From: Hypanus sabinus
Taxonomy: Eukaryota
DNA length: 64,000 nt
Assembly (NCBI RefSeq): GCF_030144855.1
Contig: NC_082728.1
Span: 10,602,001-10,666,000 of the forward strand
Direction: 5' to 3'
The notes below the pieces were generated by a model, which was not told the DNA's origin, made no database searches, and was given only the letters and a program-made list of their open reading frames with translations. The position numbers were made by a program, and so were the translations under genes. Positions 1 to 12,265 of the stretch are shown here, one piece after another. Positions within the stretch are counted from its first letter, which is position 1; each line of letters starts with the position of its first letter.

Positions 1-118
1 CAGAGGGAGGTGACGGGCAGGTAAGGAGACGAGGTGAGAGGGGGAAAACAGGAATGGGGAATGAAGGGCAGGAGGGAGTTGGGGTTGGCAATTACCGGAA
101 GTTAGAGAAATTAAACCA
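1..118 (-). mobile_element. Penelope-like element 3' fragment
   Basis: Ends in ...FSNFR* plus pyrimidine-rich tail, like the copy at 4485-5075. Confidence 0.6.
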
Positions 119-154
119 GCTCACCGATTCCTTCATCTGCAGCTGACTGAAGGA

Positions 155-590
155 ATCCGAATCATTACTGAAAGATGTTGTGAAATGTGCTGCACTGTGG
201 CAGCAGTAACAGCGCAATACATAACAACCAGAAGTGACAGAGAGAGAACAGGTAGTGTTCACGGGTTCACTGCCCATTCAGAAATCTGACGGCAGAGGGG
301 AAGAAACTGCTCCTAAAAAGCCTTTTGTGTGTATGCCTTCTGGTGGCTGTACTACTTCTTGATGGTAATGATGAGAACGGTAGCACGTCCTGGGCGGCAG
401 GGCCCTCAACGATGGATGCTGCCTTCTTGAGGCATCCCCTTTTGAAGATGTCCTCGATGGTATGGGGAGGCTAGTGCTTGTGAGGAAGCTGGATGAGTTT
501 GCAACGTCTCCACCCCTGTGCAGTGGCCCCCTCCCATACCGGACGAGAGATGCAACTGGTTAGGAAGCTCTCTGTGATACTATGGCGACA
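155..590 (-). mobile_element. Rex1/Babar-like LINE 3' fragment
   Basis: Similar to the 3' parts of the copies at 37770-38200 and 49850-50290. Confidence 0.55.
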
Positions 591-1447
591 TTCAGTACTA
601 CATTTCCTCAAACTCCTTGGAAGGAAACTGACATCAGACACCAGCCCTGCCCTCCGCCCAAGATATTTAAGTATTTTAATTATCCAGGAAATAAAAGGCA
701 CAAGTAGAAAGGACAGTCTGCCAGACTGGTTGAGTCAACAGGCAGGCTCACAGATGAATGCTAAATAGGCTAATCCACATCGACTGGATTAAACTGTCTG
801 GGAGAATTTCTGGCTCCCAGTCCTTCCAAAATCCTTCATCAGAATCAGGTTTGTTATCTAAACGAGATGCCACCTCCTTGAACGACGAGGAGGATGGAAT
901 CGTCAGTGAAACCAGAGGCAGCTTGAGCAAGTTTATTCCAGACGCTAGACAAACTCTTCCTTGGCTCTGCAGAGTGGGTGTAAACTCAGATCTGCTCCCA
1001 AATGGGATTTGGCGATGGTGAGAAATTTGCTGTTTTGCAGCAGCAGGAGAGCTGAGAGATAAAAAAAAATTACCAAAAGACAACTCCACCCTGTTAGCTG
1101 CAACATTGCACATCAACATCTGGGGCTTACCTCCCTTCCAAACAAATTTATAAAAAGATGTAGCAGTGCACTTCGCTGACTTCACCAAGCTAATCATTAT
1201 GTTTGTGTAGAGCGTCAACACCCCATCAACCCTTCAATCCCAATCACTTTAACAGCGGTAAATCCGGGTAGTTACGGCACACTGCGGAGGGAGGACTCCT
1301 TACCACAGACTTTCCCCACACTACCTATCGCCTGTTTCGCAACGGATGGGCGCAAAGGTGAAGGAAAAAGGTTTAAAGCAACCAGCAGAAGGATTAGGAA
1401 ATTACATCTCCCATTGCAAGTGGCTGGGAGAGGCAGGAACATTGAGG

Positions 1448-1940
1448 TACCTTCTGTGCATAATAAAGCAGCCACTGAGTGTATGTTTGCGGTCCTTTTG
1501 CTGTTGTGGCCCATCCACTTCAAGATTCAATTTGTTGTGCGTTCAGAGATGCTCTTCTGCACACCACTGTTATAACGTGTGGTTATTTGAGTTACTGTCA
1601 CCTTCCTGTCAGCTTGAACCAGTCTGGCCACTCTCCTCTGACCTCTCTCATTAACAAAGCGTTTTCACCCACAGAACTGCTGCTCACTGGATGTTTTTCC
1701 TGCACATGTTCTCTGTAAAATCTAGAGACTACTGTGCGTGAAAATCCCCGGAGATACTCAAAACCTACCCCATCTGGAACCAACAACCATTCCACGGTCA
1801 ATGTCACTCAGATCATATTTCTTCCCCGTTCTGATGTTTGGTCTGAACAACAACTGAACCTCTTGACCATGTCTGCATGCTTTTATGCATCGAGTTGCTG
1901 CCACATGATTGGCTGATTAGGTATTTGCATTAACAAGTTG
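1448..1940 (-). mobile_element. Tc1-like transposon derivative (N-terminal transposase remnant)
   Basis: GFSRTVVSRFYRE and KWMG remnants. Same family as 21867-22338. Confidence 0.8.
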
Positions 1941-3509
1941 ATGACCACTGCATGCTGAACAGTACAGGCCATTCAGCCCACAATGTTACACTGACCTTTT
2001 AACCTACTCCAAGATCAATCTAACCCTTCCCTACCATGTGGCCCCCATTTTTCTTTGTGACCTTGGTCACGTGGTCTTTCTCCGCCAGAGGCTTCAGTAA
2101 TTAAATTGTGGCTCTGTGCTTTGTAAACCCGAAACATTTTCAGATGGTCTGCTCGTAATATTTATTTACTGAGACCCAGAGCAAAATAGGTCCTTCCAGG
2201 CCTCAAAGTGGCGCAGACCGGCACCCCGCCTGATTTAATTCCAGCCTAATCACTGGACAATGACCAATTAACCTACCGTCCGGTACAACTTTGGACCGTG
2301 GGCGGAAACTGGAGCATCCGGAGGAAATCCACTTGGTCATAGAGAGAACGTACAAATTCCTTACAGTCTGCGGCAGGAAATGATCACAGCTCACTTGTAC
2401 TGTAAAATGCTGTACTAACCACTAAAGCATAGTAGACGAACAATAAACTGCTCGGGTTAGCCAGCTTATACTGGGATTTATTGACCGTATATTCCTCTTC
2501 TCATCCCCTTACAATCACAACATCAATCCCTACAAAGTCCCCTTCAAGATAACGAGTTCACTTAATCCCACATTGCATCCAATTTACTACTGCGTCCTGA
2601 ATTCCAAGGGACTGAAGCTTCTTGAGTAACCTCCCTTTGGGACTTGGTGAAGTCCATGTACACAACATCCACTGCCTTGCCTCCATTAACTTTTCTGGTA
2701 ACCTCCTTGAAAAAGAGCATTCCCCAGTGCCCTACCCTTCCCTGTGCAAGTCAATTTTACCAGGTAGGAGTGTAAACAAGAAGAAAACTGTATTAAAAGG
2801 GCACGGAATGTGGTTGGACAGGTTCCCCGATTCCGGATCGATCGCACCACGGTTAATCCTTCCAGTAAAAATGTTCCTCTCCCCTTCTCCTCGTCTTCCA
2901 TTCCTCACTCTAGCCTCTTCCCACCTGCCTATCACCTCCCCTGGTGCCTCATCCTACATTCCCTTTCTCCTAGGGTCCACTCTCCTTCTCCTATCAGATT
3001 CCTTCCTCTCCAGCCCTTTATCTTTCCCACGCACCTGGCTTCACCTATCACCATCCTTCCCCTCCCCCCCATCTTTTTATTCTGGCATCTTCCCTCTCCC
3101 TCTTCAGTGTCTTGGCTCGAAACACTGACTGTTAATTCATTTCCGTCTGTGCTGCCTGACCTGTTGAGTTCCTCCAGCACTTTGTGTGTGTGGCCCATCA
3201 GTAAATGCCTTCAGTCTTTAGTAATTGAGCCGAGAGGAGAGTGCACATTGAGGGAGAAAGAGAGGTACAAGGAGCAGACAAGGGGGTACGACAGAGCTGG
3301 AAGTTGGTACCTGCAAACATCCTGGGTCATGTGGGGGGGGGTTAATTACTGGCTAGGATCTTATGGTATCTGGAACCACGCAGCCTGCACTGGAGACCCC
3401 TTCCTCGACGTTTAATGAGCTACAGCAGGGTTAAATGGGAAACCACCAACAATACAAAAACAGAGGAAATTTAGAAAAACGTGTTTCTAGTTGAGACCCC
3501 CTATTCCGA

Positions 3510-3880
3510 AGGGTTATGACTGCGACCTGTCTAGTGGTACTTACCTCCAAATGGACCACAAGCTTGTCGTGGTTTGGAGGATTAGTGCCTCAATGACCTG
3601 GAGAGCTATACTGGCTGGAATCGGGGCATTACACTTTGACTCTCGGTAGGGTCACCAAGCCAAACATGTCAAAGGTTAGAGGCCAGACTAAGAGTGGTCC
3701 ACTGGTCCTCCAGGTTCGGGGTGGGGTTAGGGCTAACAACCTCGATCGGTCAAAAGAAATTGTTACGGAAACAGCAATGAAGAATCCTTCGACATCTGTG
3801 TGCAACAGTACGGACAGAATGAGATGGGGGACCCTCAATGCTGCCCTAAACACCAAGCAGTATAATGCGCAGTAACTCAC
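3510..3880 (+). mobile_element. RTE/Rex3-like 5'UTR-derived element
   Basis: ttgtcgtgg...ggtagggtcacc...gccaaaca.gtc...gaggccagac motif string recognised from RTE/Expander leaders. Confidence 0.45.
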
Positions 3881-4484
3881 AGTACGAGGGGAATTAAGAT
3901 AACGAGTCCAATATATTGGTTGTGTGTTGGCTGTTAACACGATACATTTCACCGTATGTTTCAATGTAAACCCGATAAATAAACTTGAATCTTGAAAATT
4001 CTTCAGATACTTCACAGTGCTAGGCCCTTTGGCCCATCAAGACCATGCTGACCAACCTTACTATGTGTATCTATACATGTTAATCCAAATTTAACTCTCC
4101 TCACACAGACTCATCGACTCACTCCTGATTCTATCATGTACCTACACATTAGGGGCAATTGACAAGGGCAAATTAACCTGCCAACCTGCACGTTTGGGAT
4201 GTCGGACGGAAGTAGAACACTCAGAGCGTGGAGCCCACAGGGAGAACGTGCCGACTTCAGAAGGAATATCGCGTTCAGTTCTGTTTGCTTCGTTTTAGGA
4301 AGCTTCGGTGAAGTTAGGGAAGAGATTTACCAGCATGCTGCCTGGATTACTGTGTTAGGACATATTTTGGAGCTAGGGTATGTAGCAAATATTAATTTCT
4401 ATACCAGTCTTCGGATCCAAATGTGGACTGCAGATGGAATTTACAAAGCAGGTCCTAGCTGCTGACTGGGGTTGATTGCAAACC

Positions 4485-5075
4485 GGGAAACACCTCTGCT
4501 CTGTCCGTCACAACAGACAGGATCTCCCGGTTGCCACCCACTTCAACTCTGCTTCACGTTCCCATTCGGATACGTCCATACACGGCCTCCTCTACTGCCA
4601 TGATGAAGCCAAACTCAGGTTGGAGGAGCAACACCTCCATATACCGTCTGGGTAGTCTCCAGCCCCTTGGTATGAACATCGAATTCTCCAACTTCCGGTA
4701 ATTCCCTCCCTCTCCCTTCCACCACCCCCCTTCACTCTGCCTCCTCCTCCAGCTGCCCATCACCTCTCTCATGATTCTGCCTTCTTCTACTACCCAAAGT
4801 GCTTTCCCCTTACATTCCTTCTTCACCTCTCCGGCCTATCCCCTCCCTGCTTCCCCTCCCCCACCCCTTGATCTTTCCTCTGATTGGTTGTTCACCTGCC
4901 ACTTTCCACCCCCCCACCTTCTTGCTAGGGCCCCTGCCCCCTCCAGTCCTGACGAAGGGTCTCAGCCTGAAACGTTGACTGCTCCTTTCAACAGATGCAG
5001 CCCGACCTGCTGAGTTCCTCCATCTTGTTTGTACGTGTTGATTTGACCCCAGCATCTGCAGTGTACTTTGTGTTT
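4485..5075 (+). mobile_element. Penelope-like retroelement 3' end (GIY-YIG C-terminus plus pseudo-LTR)
   Basis: Translates as HLCSVRHNRQDLPVATHFNS...RLEEQHL/YRLGSLQPLGMNIEFSNFR*, followed by a hammerhead-like motif. Confidence 0.8.
4944..4981 (+). ncRNA. Minimal type-I hammerhead ribozyme motif
   Basis: CAGTC-CTGACGA-AGGGTCTCAGCCT-GAAACGTT-GACTG: helix I arms, CUGANGA box, helix II hairpin, GAAA box, palindromic ACGT helix III. Confidence 0.65.
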
Positions 5076-5504
5076 ACTAAACACCTCACTGACCTGCCAC
5101 TTGATACAAGATGGGAAGAGGCACAGGTAGAGTGGATAGCCAGGGGCTTCTTCCCAGGACGGCAAAGGACATCCCTTTGAGGGAAGTATAGGAGGGATAA
5201 AAATACACACAGAGAGTGGCATGTGCTAGAACACGCTATCAGATTTGCTGGTAGAGGCTGGTACATCAGCGACATTTAAGGGACTCTTAGCTCAGTACAT
5301 GAATGAAAGAAAAATGGAGGGATATGCGGAATTGTCAGATTGACTGTGGAGTACGTTAAAGGGTCAGCACAACACTGTGGGCCGAAGGGCCTGTACCTTG
5401 CTGTGCTGTTCTAAGTTCACACAGACAGCAGCCTATGGCAGGATTGAACCAGGGTTACCAGAGCTTTGAGCTTGCAGCTGCACGAGCCACACCGGTGTGC
5501 CTCA

Positions 5505-5945
5505 TCTCTCAGTTTCCCATCTTTGTAATTCCTATTCCCGTTCTGACTTGTCGGACCACGGCCTCCTCTTGTGCCAGGATGCGGCCACCCTCAGGGTGGA
5601 GGAGCAACACCTAACATTCCACCTGGGCAGCCTCCAGCCTGACGGGTATGAATATCGATTTCTCCTTCCACTAAACAGATTTTCTCCTTCTCTTCCTTTA
5701 CTCCTCACTCTGAACTTACCTGCCTGTTACCTCCCTCGGGTCCTCTCTCCTCTCCTCCACCTTTCCCAGCTAGCCTCCTTTCCCCTCTCCCCCCCCCCAC
5801 CTTTTTATTCTGGCCTCTTCCCCCTTCCTTCTCAGTCCTGAAGAAGGGTCTTGGCCCGAAACATTGACCATCTACCCATTTCCACAGATGCTGCCTGGCC
5901 TGCTGAGTTCCTCCAGCATTTTGTGTGTGCTGCAGACTTCTTCGT
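5505..5945 (+). mobile_element. Penelope-like element 3' end
   Basis: HGLLLCQDAATLRVEEQHLTFHLGSLQPDG, then CTGAAGA...GAAA motif at 5838-5861. Confidence 0.8.
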
Positions 5946-6879
5946 GTTTAAAAGCTTCCTATCCACTCGCTTGGATATGCAAGGCTCGATTCCTCAACAA
6001 AATTAAAAGCCAGGATCCCACAGAACACCATCTGGGATACCAGACTGACAAAGAACTTTTCACTTCTATTAGGGATCCCTCAATACCTCAATTTCCTGAT
6101 AAGACAGTACTAATGCATAATCACACTTCCCATTTTTCCCCAAATGAAGCCATTCAGATGCATCATTGTTAAGGATTGTAAACACAAGAGGTTCTGCAGA
6201 TGCTGGAAATCCAGAGTAACACACACACACACGACGCTAGAGGAACTCAGCAGATCAGGCAGCATCTACGGAGGGGAACAAAGAATCAACTTTTCGGGCC
6301 GATGTCAAGACTGTTTTTTTTAAATATAAACAAGAGAAAAATCTGCAGATGCTGGAAATCTGAGCAACACACAGAGATAAAATGCTGGAGGAACTCAGCA
6401 GGCCAGGCAGCATCTGTGTCCTGCCGAAGGGGTTTGATGTTGACTGTACTTTTTTTCCCATAGATGCTGCCTGGCCTGCTGAGTTCCTCTGCACAATTTT
6501 CTTTCTCTGCGCACTGGGTGTAAATGACTTTTTAAAAATAGGTTCGATAGGGTTTCTTTGTTTTGTGGCTGCTGGTAAAGAGACGAGTCTCAACGCTGTA
6601 TAATGTATACATACTTTGATAATCAATGTAGTCTGAAATGAGGGGCACTCACGGGGCTTGACATCGCAATGGGATTTGAGCTCTGACAGATAAATCACTG
6701 ACGCGATTGCCTCCCAGCTTCAGGGTTCGGTGGATGAGCCACACCCTCTGCCGTGGAAAGACTAGTCACCCCCACCCAAACACCACCGTACGTCTCACAC
6801 ACACACATTTCATAATCTGCGGTGCAAACAACTTACATAGGAGAAGGGTGTTTTCTTGGCACCGTGCAGTATTTTTAAA

Positions 6880-7635
6880 ATCAAAATAATCTTTATTCAT
6901 AATAAAAATATTTACAAGAATAAACTGTGTGTGCAATGCCTTTCCATTCTTTACATTAATAATGAATGCATTAAGTACTGTTTGATTACATTTCTACAAA
7001 TCAATAGTACAGCCTCCTCTCATGTAGTCCTCTGGAAGATACACTCTACAGTAATTGAGGGGCTTTCTCTCCCAACCTGGTCCCTCCCTCCCAGTAGCAG
7101 AAGAACCCTACACTGTGGCTCTCCCCCACAGAGCCCTTGCGATGGCTGCACCCAGCTTCAGTGGGTCCCTGAGCACGTACTCCTGCAGCCTGGAACGTGC
7201 CAGAGAGCAACGTTCCTCTGTGCTACGGACTTCTCCGCGTGCTAGCAGACCAGCCAAGCTGATCGCCTGCCAGCAGTAGTTGATGCTCGTCCGTCCCTGG
7301 GAGCTGCCCGCAGATCAGAGAGTCATCTGTAGCACAGCTACCCAGGATGAACCGCGACGCAGGCCCTCTCGTCTTCCTCCACACCTTTTTCACAAACCCA
7401 CGGTCTGCAAGGAGACGAGCTACTGCCTCCTCCCCAAAGCAGCTATCCTCGTGGGGGGGCTCCATGCACGCGGGAAAGATGTGCCCGAGAGGACACTGTC
7501 ACCGCCAGTCTGGCAAGGTCTCAGTGACCTGGCTTCCTTCTCAGCCTATGGGAATGCAGCCAAAGAAAACAGATATTCCTAGTACCCAACCGTCACACCA
7601 CACGTTTTTCAGAAGGACGCCCACTAAGATACCTG
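6880..7635 (-). mobile_element. Tx1/L1-clade LINE 3' fragment
   Basis: Degenerate C-terminal zinc-binding region (CFGEEAVARLLADRGFVKKVWRK) and AATAAA-containing 3' end. Confidence 0.6.
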
Positions 7636-8074
7636 GCTGACAGTGAACAATTGCTATGCAGTTGTCTGCATCCACTTTTAACTCTTACATAGTTAAAAGC
7701 AGAATTAGCACCAAACCTGCCATACACACTACCATAAATAATGAAGAAATGAATACAATAATAGACCATTGGACACCATAGCAGAATGGGGCCATTCAGC
7801 CCATCAAGTCTGCTCTGGCATTCAATCACAACTGATTTTCCCCCTCAACCCCATTCTCTGCCTTCTCCCCATAATCTCTGACGCCCTTACTAATCAAGAA
7901 GTTATCAATCCCTGTTGTAAATACACCCAATGACTTGATCTCCACAGCCGTCTATGACGATGGATTCCACAGATTCACCACACTCTGGCTAAAGAAATTC
8001 CTCCTCAGCTCTGTTCTAAAGGGGTGTCCACGTATGCTGAGGCAGTGTCCTCTGATCCTAGACTCCCCCACTAT

Positions 8075-8355
8075 GGATGCCACGGTGGTGAGGCAGTTAG
8101 TGAGACGCCATTACAGCTCAGGGCATCGGAGTTCAGAGTTCAATCCCAGCATCCTCGGCGGAGTCCCTGTACATCCTCCCCGTGAAATGTGTGAGTTTCC
8201 TCCGGGTGCTCTGGTTTCCTCTCACAGTCCAAAGAAGTACCGGGTAGGTTAAGTGGTCATTGTGAATAGGTTAGGGTTAAATCGGGGTTGTCGGGGGGGG
8301 GGGGGGGGGGTTCGGAGGGCCTATTCCATGCTGTATCACTAAGTAAATAAATAAA
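8075..8355 (+). mobile_element. tRNA-derived V-SINE (HE1-like) inserted in a CR1 fragment (about 7760-8600, minus)
   Basis: Box A/B remnants, V-domain gtttcctccgggtgctctggtttcctc.cacagtccaaaga, (taaa)n tail. Confidence 0.7.
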
Positions 8356-9004
8356 CTATAGGAAACGATATGTCCATTCTACCATGGCCTTGTTTCAATG
8401 AGATCCCATCTCATTCTCCTAAACATCAGCGAGTACAGGCCCAGAAAATCAAAACACCCCTCGTCCATTAACCCTTTCATGCCTGGAACAATTCATCCTT
8501 TCCAATGCCAACTCATCTTTTCTTAAATATGGGATCCAAGACTGCTCACAATACTCTGAATGCAGTCTGACCAATGCCTAACAAACCCTTCAGCTTACAA
8601 GAACAAAAAAATCATTCTCACACGCGTTATCTATTTTATTATTTATCGAGATACAGCGCGGAATTCCAACTGCGCCGTCCGGCAAAATCCCGATTTAATC
8701 TGAGCACAGTCGCTGGACAATTTACGGTGACCAATTAGCTTACCAACCAGTACGTCTTTGGACTGTGGGGGGAAACCAGAGCACCTGTGGTCACGGGGAG
8801 TGGCAGGAATTGAACCCGGGTCACCTGTACTGTATTACATCGCACTAACCACTTCACTACCACGCCACCCCAGCTGAGCAGGTGTAACAGTCTGCCAAGG
8901 TGATTCTTTTGCGTCCAGGAACTGAATAAAATACATTTGCAAGTTTATCCCGTTGATCTTATAATGCAAAATGCCCACTTGTACATTTTACAATATTGTC
9001 ATAC

Positions 9005-9096
9005 CTTGAAACTGGTAAGTTCCTGCTCAGTAAATCCATGACTGTGAATTATCTTCATCTGCTTTACCAAGGTGCTCTTCCCACTTTCGGCCGCCC
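9005..9096 (-). CDS. gnav1: G-protein alpha subunit, Gv class, coding exon 2 ([31 protein letters not shown])
   Basis: ttgcag acceptor, phase-compatible with exon 1, P-loop [15 protein letters not shown] donor. Exon 3 not found in 1-9000, so it presumably lies left of the window. Confidence 0.92.
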
Positions 9097-10294
9097 CTGC
9101 AACACAAGGACACAGACATCAAACAGGAGGTTGGGTAGCCCCACCTTTCCCCAAGTTTGTTCGGCCTCTGGAAAGCTAATGCACTCCAACCCTGTTCTGC
9201 GATACAAGAGAGCTTTATTTGTCACACGCACATCGCAACACACAAACGTACAGTGAAACGCATCATTTTGCACCAACCACCAACGCAGTCTGAGGATTGT
9301 AACCCACAAATCTTGCCGACGTAGCACCCCCTGGTTTATTAACTTTCTTTGGAAAGTGGGAGGAAATCAGAGCACCCAGAGGAAACCCACGCGGTCACGT
9401 ACAAACTCCTTACCGGTGGGAAATGACCCCCGCATCGGTAATGGCTGGCGCTGTCAATTACACACACTATAGAAGAGTACAGGCCCTTCGGCCCACAATT
9501 TTATGATGACCTCTTAACCTACTCCAAGATCAATCTAGCCCTTCCCTCTTACCTAGCCCTCTGTTTTTCTTCCATCAATTTGCCCTCCAAAATCAACCTA
9601 ACCCTTCCTTCCTACACAGCCTCACACACAGAATGCTGGGGGAACTCAGCAGGCCAGGCAGCATCGGCAGGTCTGAACAAAGGGTCTCAGCCCGAAATGT
9701 CAACTGTACCTTTTTCTTCTTCCCATGGATGCTGCCTGGCCTGTTTCAGTTCTATATTTTTATTTCTGTTCTCGCCCATTCTTTCCTGTTGCTGATTGGT
9801 GGGTGAGAGGAGTTTATTCATTCCTCCAAATACTTTCAAATCATGCTCTCTTGTATTAGCCATTTCATTCCTGGAAAAGGATTTCTGGCCTCTCATCATC
9901 TTGCACACCTCTCATCCTCCTTTGCTCCAAAGAGAAGCTCTCGCTCATTCAACCCACCTTGATGATCCAGGCAGCATCCTGCACCCTCCCTAAAGCTTCC
10001 GTATCTCCCCTACAGTGAGACAATCAGAACTGAACACAATACTCTAAGACACAAGGAAATCTGCAGAAGCTGGAAATTTAAGCAACACACACAAAATGCT
10101 GGTGGAACGCAGCAGGCCAGGCAGCATCTACAGGAAGAAGTACAGTCGATGTTTCGGTCCAAGACCTGACATCAGAGACTACAGACCAGGCTGGGGGTGA
10201 TCCTGGTTGAAACACTGCTTAGAGACTACAGACGAGGCCTGGGGGTGTGGGGTAATCTTGGTTGGTGTGTCTTCCATGGAATCCAATAACAATG

Positions 10295-10570
10295 TTTTTA
10301 TTTATTGAGATACAGTATGGAATAGGCCTTTTGAGCCATGCTGCCCAGTAATCCCCCAAGTTAATCCTAGCCTAATCACAGGGCAATTTACAATGACCAA
10401 TTATTCTGCCAACCAGTCCATCTTTGGACTGTGGGAGGAAACCGCAGCACCCAGCGGAAACCCTCACGGTCACGGGGAGAACATACAAACTTCTTACAGG
10501 CAATGGCAGGAATTGGACCCAGGTTGTCCGCAGTGTAATGTGTTGTGCTGACCACTACGCTACCGTGCCA
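10295..10570 (-). mobile_element. tRNA-derived V-SINE (other copies about 2165-2425, 8635-8870, 9300-9450, 39585-39855 minus; 40735-40900 plus)
   Basis: GGCACGGTAGCGTAGTGG box A, GGTCCAATTCC box B, V-domain. Confidence 0.75.
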
Positions 10571-11370
10571 ATAGACAATAGGTGCAGGAGTAGGCCTTTC
10601 GGCTCTTCCAGCCAGCACCGCCATTCAGTCAGTACCCCGTTCCTGCCTTCTCCCCATATCCCTGGACTCCGCTATCTTTAAGAGCTCTATCTAACTCTTT
10701 CTTGAAAGCACCCAGAGAACTGGCCTCCACTGCCTTCTGAGGCAGAGCGTTCCATAGATCCACAACTCTCTGGGTAAAAAAGTTTTTCCTGAACTCCGTT
10801 CTAAATGGCCTACCCCTTATTCTTAAGCTATGGCCTCTGGTTCTGGACTCCCCCCAACATCGGGAACATGTTTCCTGACTCTAGCGTGTCCAATCCCTTA
10901 ATAATCTTATGTTTCAATCAGATCCCCTCTCATCCTTCTAAATTCCAGTGTATACAAGCCCAGTTGCTCCAATCTTTCAACATATGACAGTCCCGCCATC
11001 CTGGGAATCAACCTCATGAACCTATGCTGCACTCCCTCAATAACAAGAATGTTCTTCCCCAAAATTGGAGACCAAAACTGAACACAATAGTCCAGGTGTG
11101 GTCTCACCAGGGCCCTGTGAGGAGCCAAAGGACCTCTTTGCTCCTATACTCAACTCCCCTTGTTATAAAGGCCAGCATGCCATTAGCTTTCTTCACTGCC
11201 TGCTGTACCTACATGCTTACTTTCAGTGACTGATGAACAAGGACACCTAGATCTCGTTGTACTTCCCCTTTTCCTAACTTGACTCCATTTAGATAGTAAT
11301 CTGCCTTCCTGGTCTTGCCACCAAAGTGGATAACCTCACATTTATCCACATTAAACCTCATCTGCCAATG
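10571..11370 (-). mobile_element. CR1-type LINE 3' fragment
   Basis: WQMRFNVDKCEVIHFG, RDLGVLV, LVRPHLDYCVQFWSP, RLEQLGLYTLEFRRMRGDLIE. Confidence 0.9.
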
Positions 11371-11644
11371 AAGGAAATGTATTCGATCCTTTAATAAGAA
11401 ACTAACAAAACGAACAATCTTGAAGTGATACAACTAAAGGAATCCCTAAAACTAACAAAGTTAAACACATTCATCACCCTGACCTACTCCCTAATTCTAA
11501 ACTGACTAGAATGACTCTAAACAGCACAAACATATAATTAAATCTCTCCACATCTACCACACCCCCGCCCACGTGACTCACTACTATAATAAACATAATG
11601 AACACAATTAAAAACAGGCGCATGCCTCTTGCTCCACAGTACTG

Positions 11645-12265
11645 GACACAAAATGCTGGAGGACTCAGCAGGTCAGGCAGCATCTACGGAGAGGAATAAA
11701 GAGCTGACGTGTCAGATGACGACCCTTCATCTGGACTGGAAAGGAAAGGGGAAGAATAAGGATGTGGGGGGCAGGAGGAGCACTGCAGGCTCGAAGGTGG
11801 CAGGTGAGGGGAAGGTAGGTGGGTGGGGAAGGGGGGAATGCAGTGAGGAGCTGGGAGGTGATACATGCAAAAGGTGAAGGGTTGAAGGAGGAATTGGATA
11901 GGAGAAGAGAATAGACTGTGGGAGAAAGGGAAGGAGGAGGAGCACCAAAGGGAGGGGCAGGTGAGAAGAGAAGGGGTAAGTGGGGAGCCAGAGTGGAGAA
12001 CGAATAAAAAACGGAGGGGGAGGCCGGGAGAAATTACTGGAAGTTGGTGAAATCAATGTTCACGTAATCAGGTTTGAGGCTAAACAGACGGGATGAGGTG
12101 TTCAGCATCGAGGACGAGGTCTCAATACAAGATAATTCAGAATACTAGATAATCTGCAGATGCTGGAAATCCAGAGCAACACACACACAATGCTGGAGGA
12201 ACTCAGCAGGTCAGGCAGCAACTACGGAAATGAACGAACAGTCGACGTTTTGGGCCAAGTCCCTT
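11645..12265 (-). mobile_element. Penelope-like element ends (tandem pseudo-LTR pieces)
   Basis: Reverse-complement similarity to 4485-5075, degenerate hammerhead motif near 11705-11740. Confidence 0.7.

Noticed and set aside
758-1021. Plus-strand ORF with GLLSKR resembling a neuropeptide precursor (NPB neighbours PCYT2 in human)
   Set aside because: No signal peptide and no WYK...GRAAGLL NPB motif.
2622-3415. 168- and 201-aa Pro/Ser/Leu-rich ORFs
   Set aside because: They read through the pyrimidine-rich Penelope pseudo-LTR and SINE fragments, a compositional artefact.
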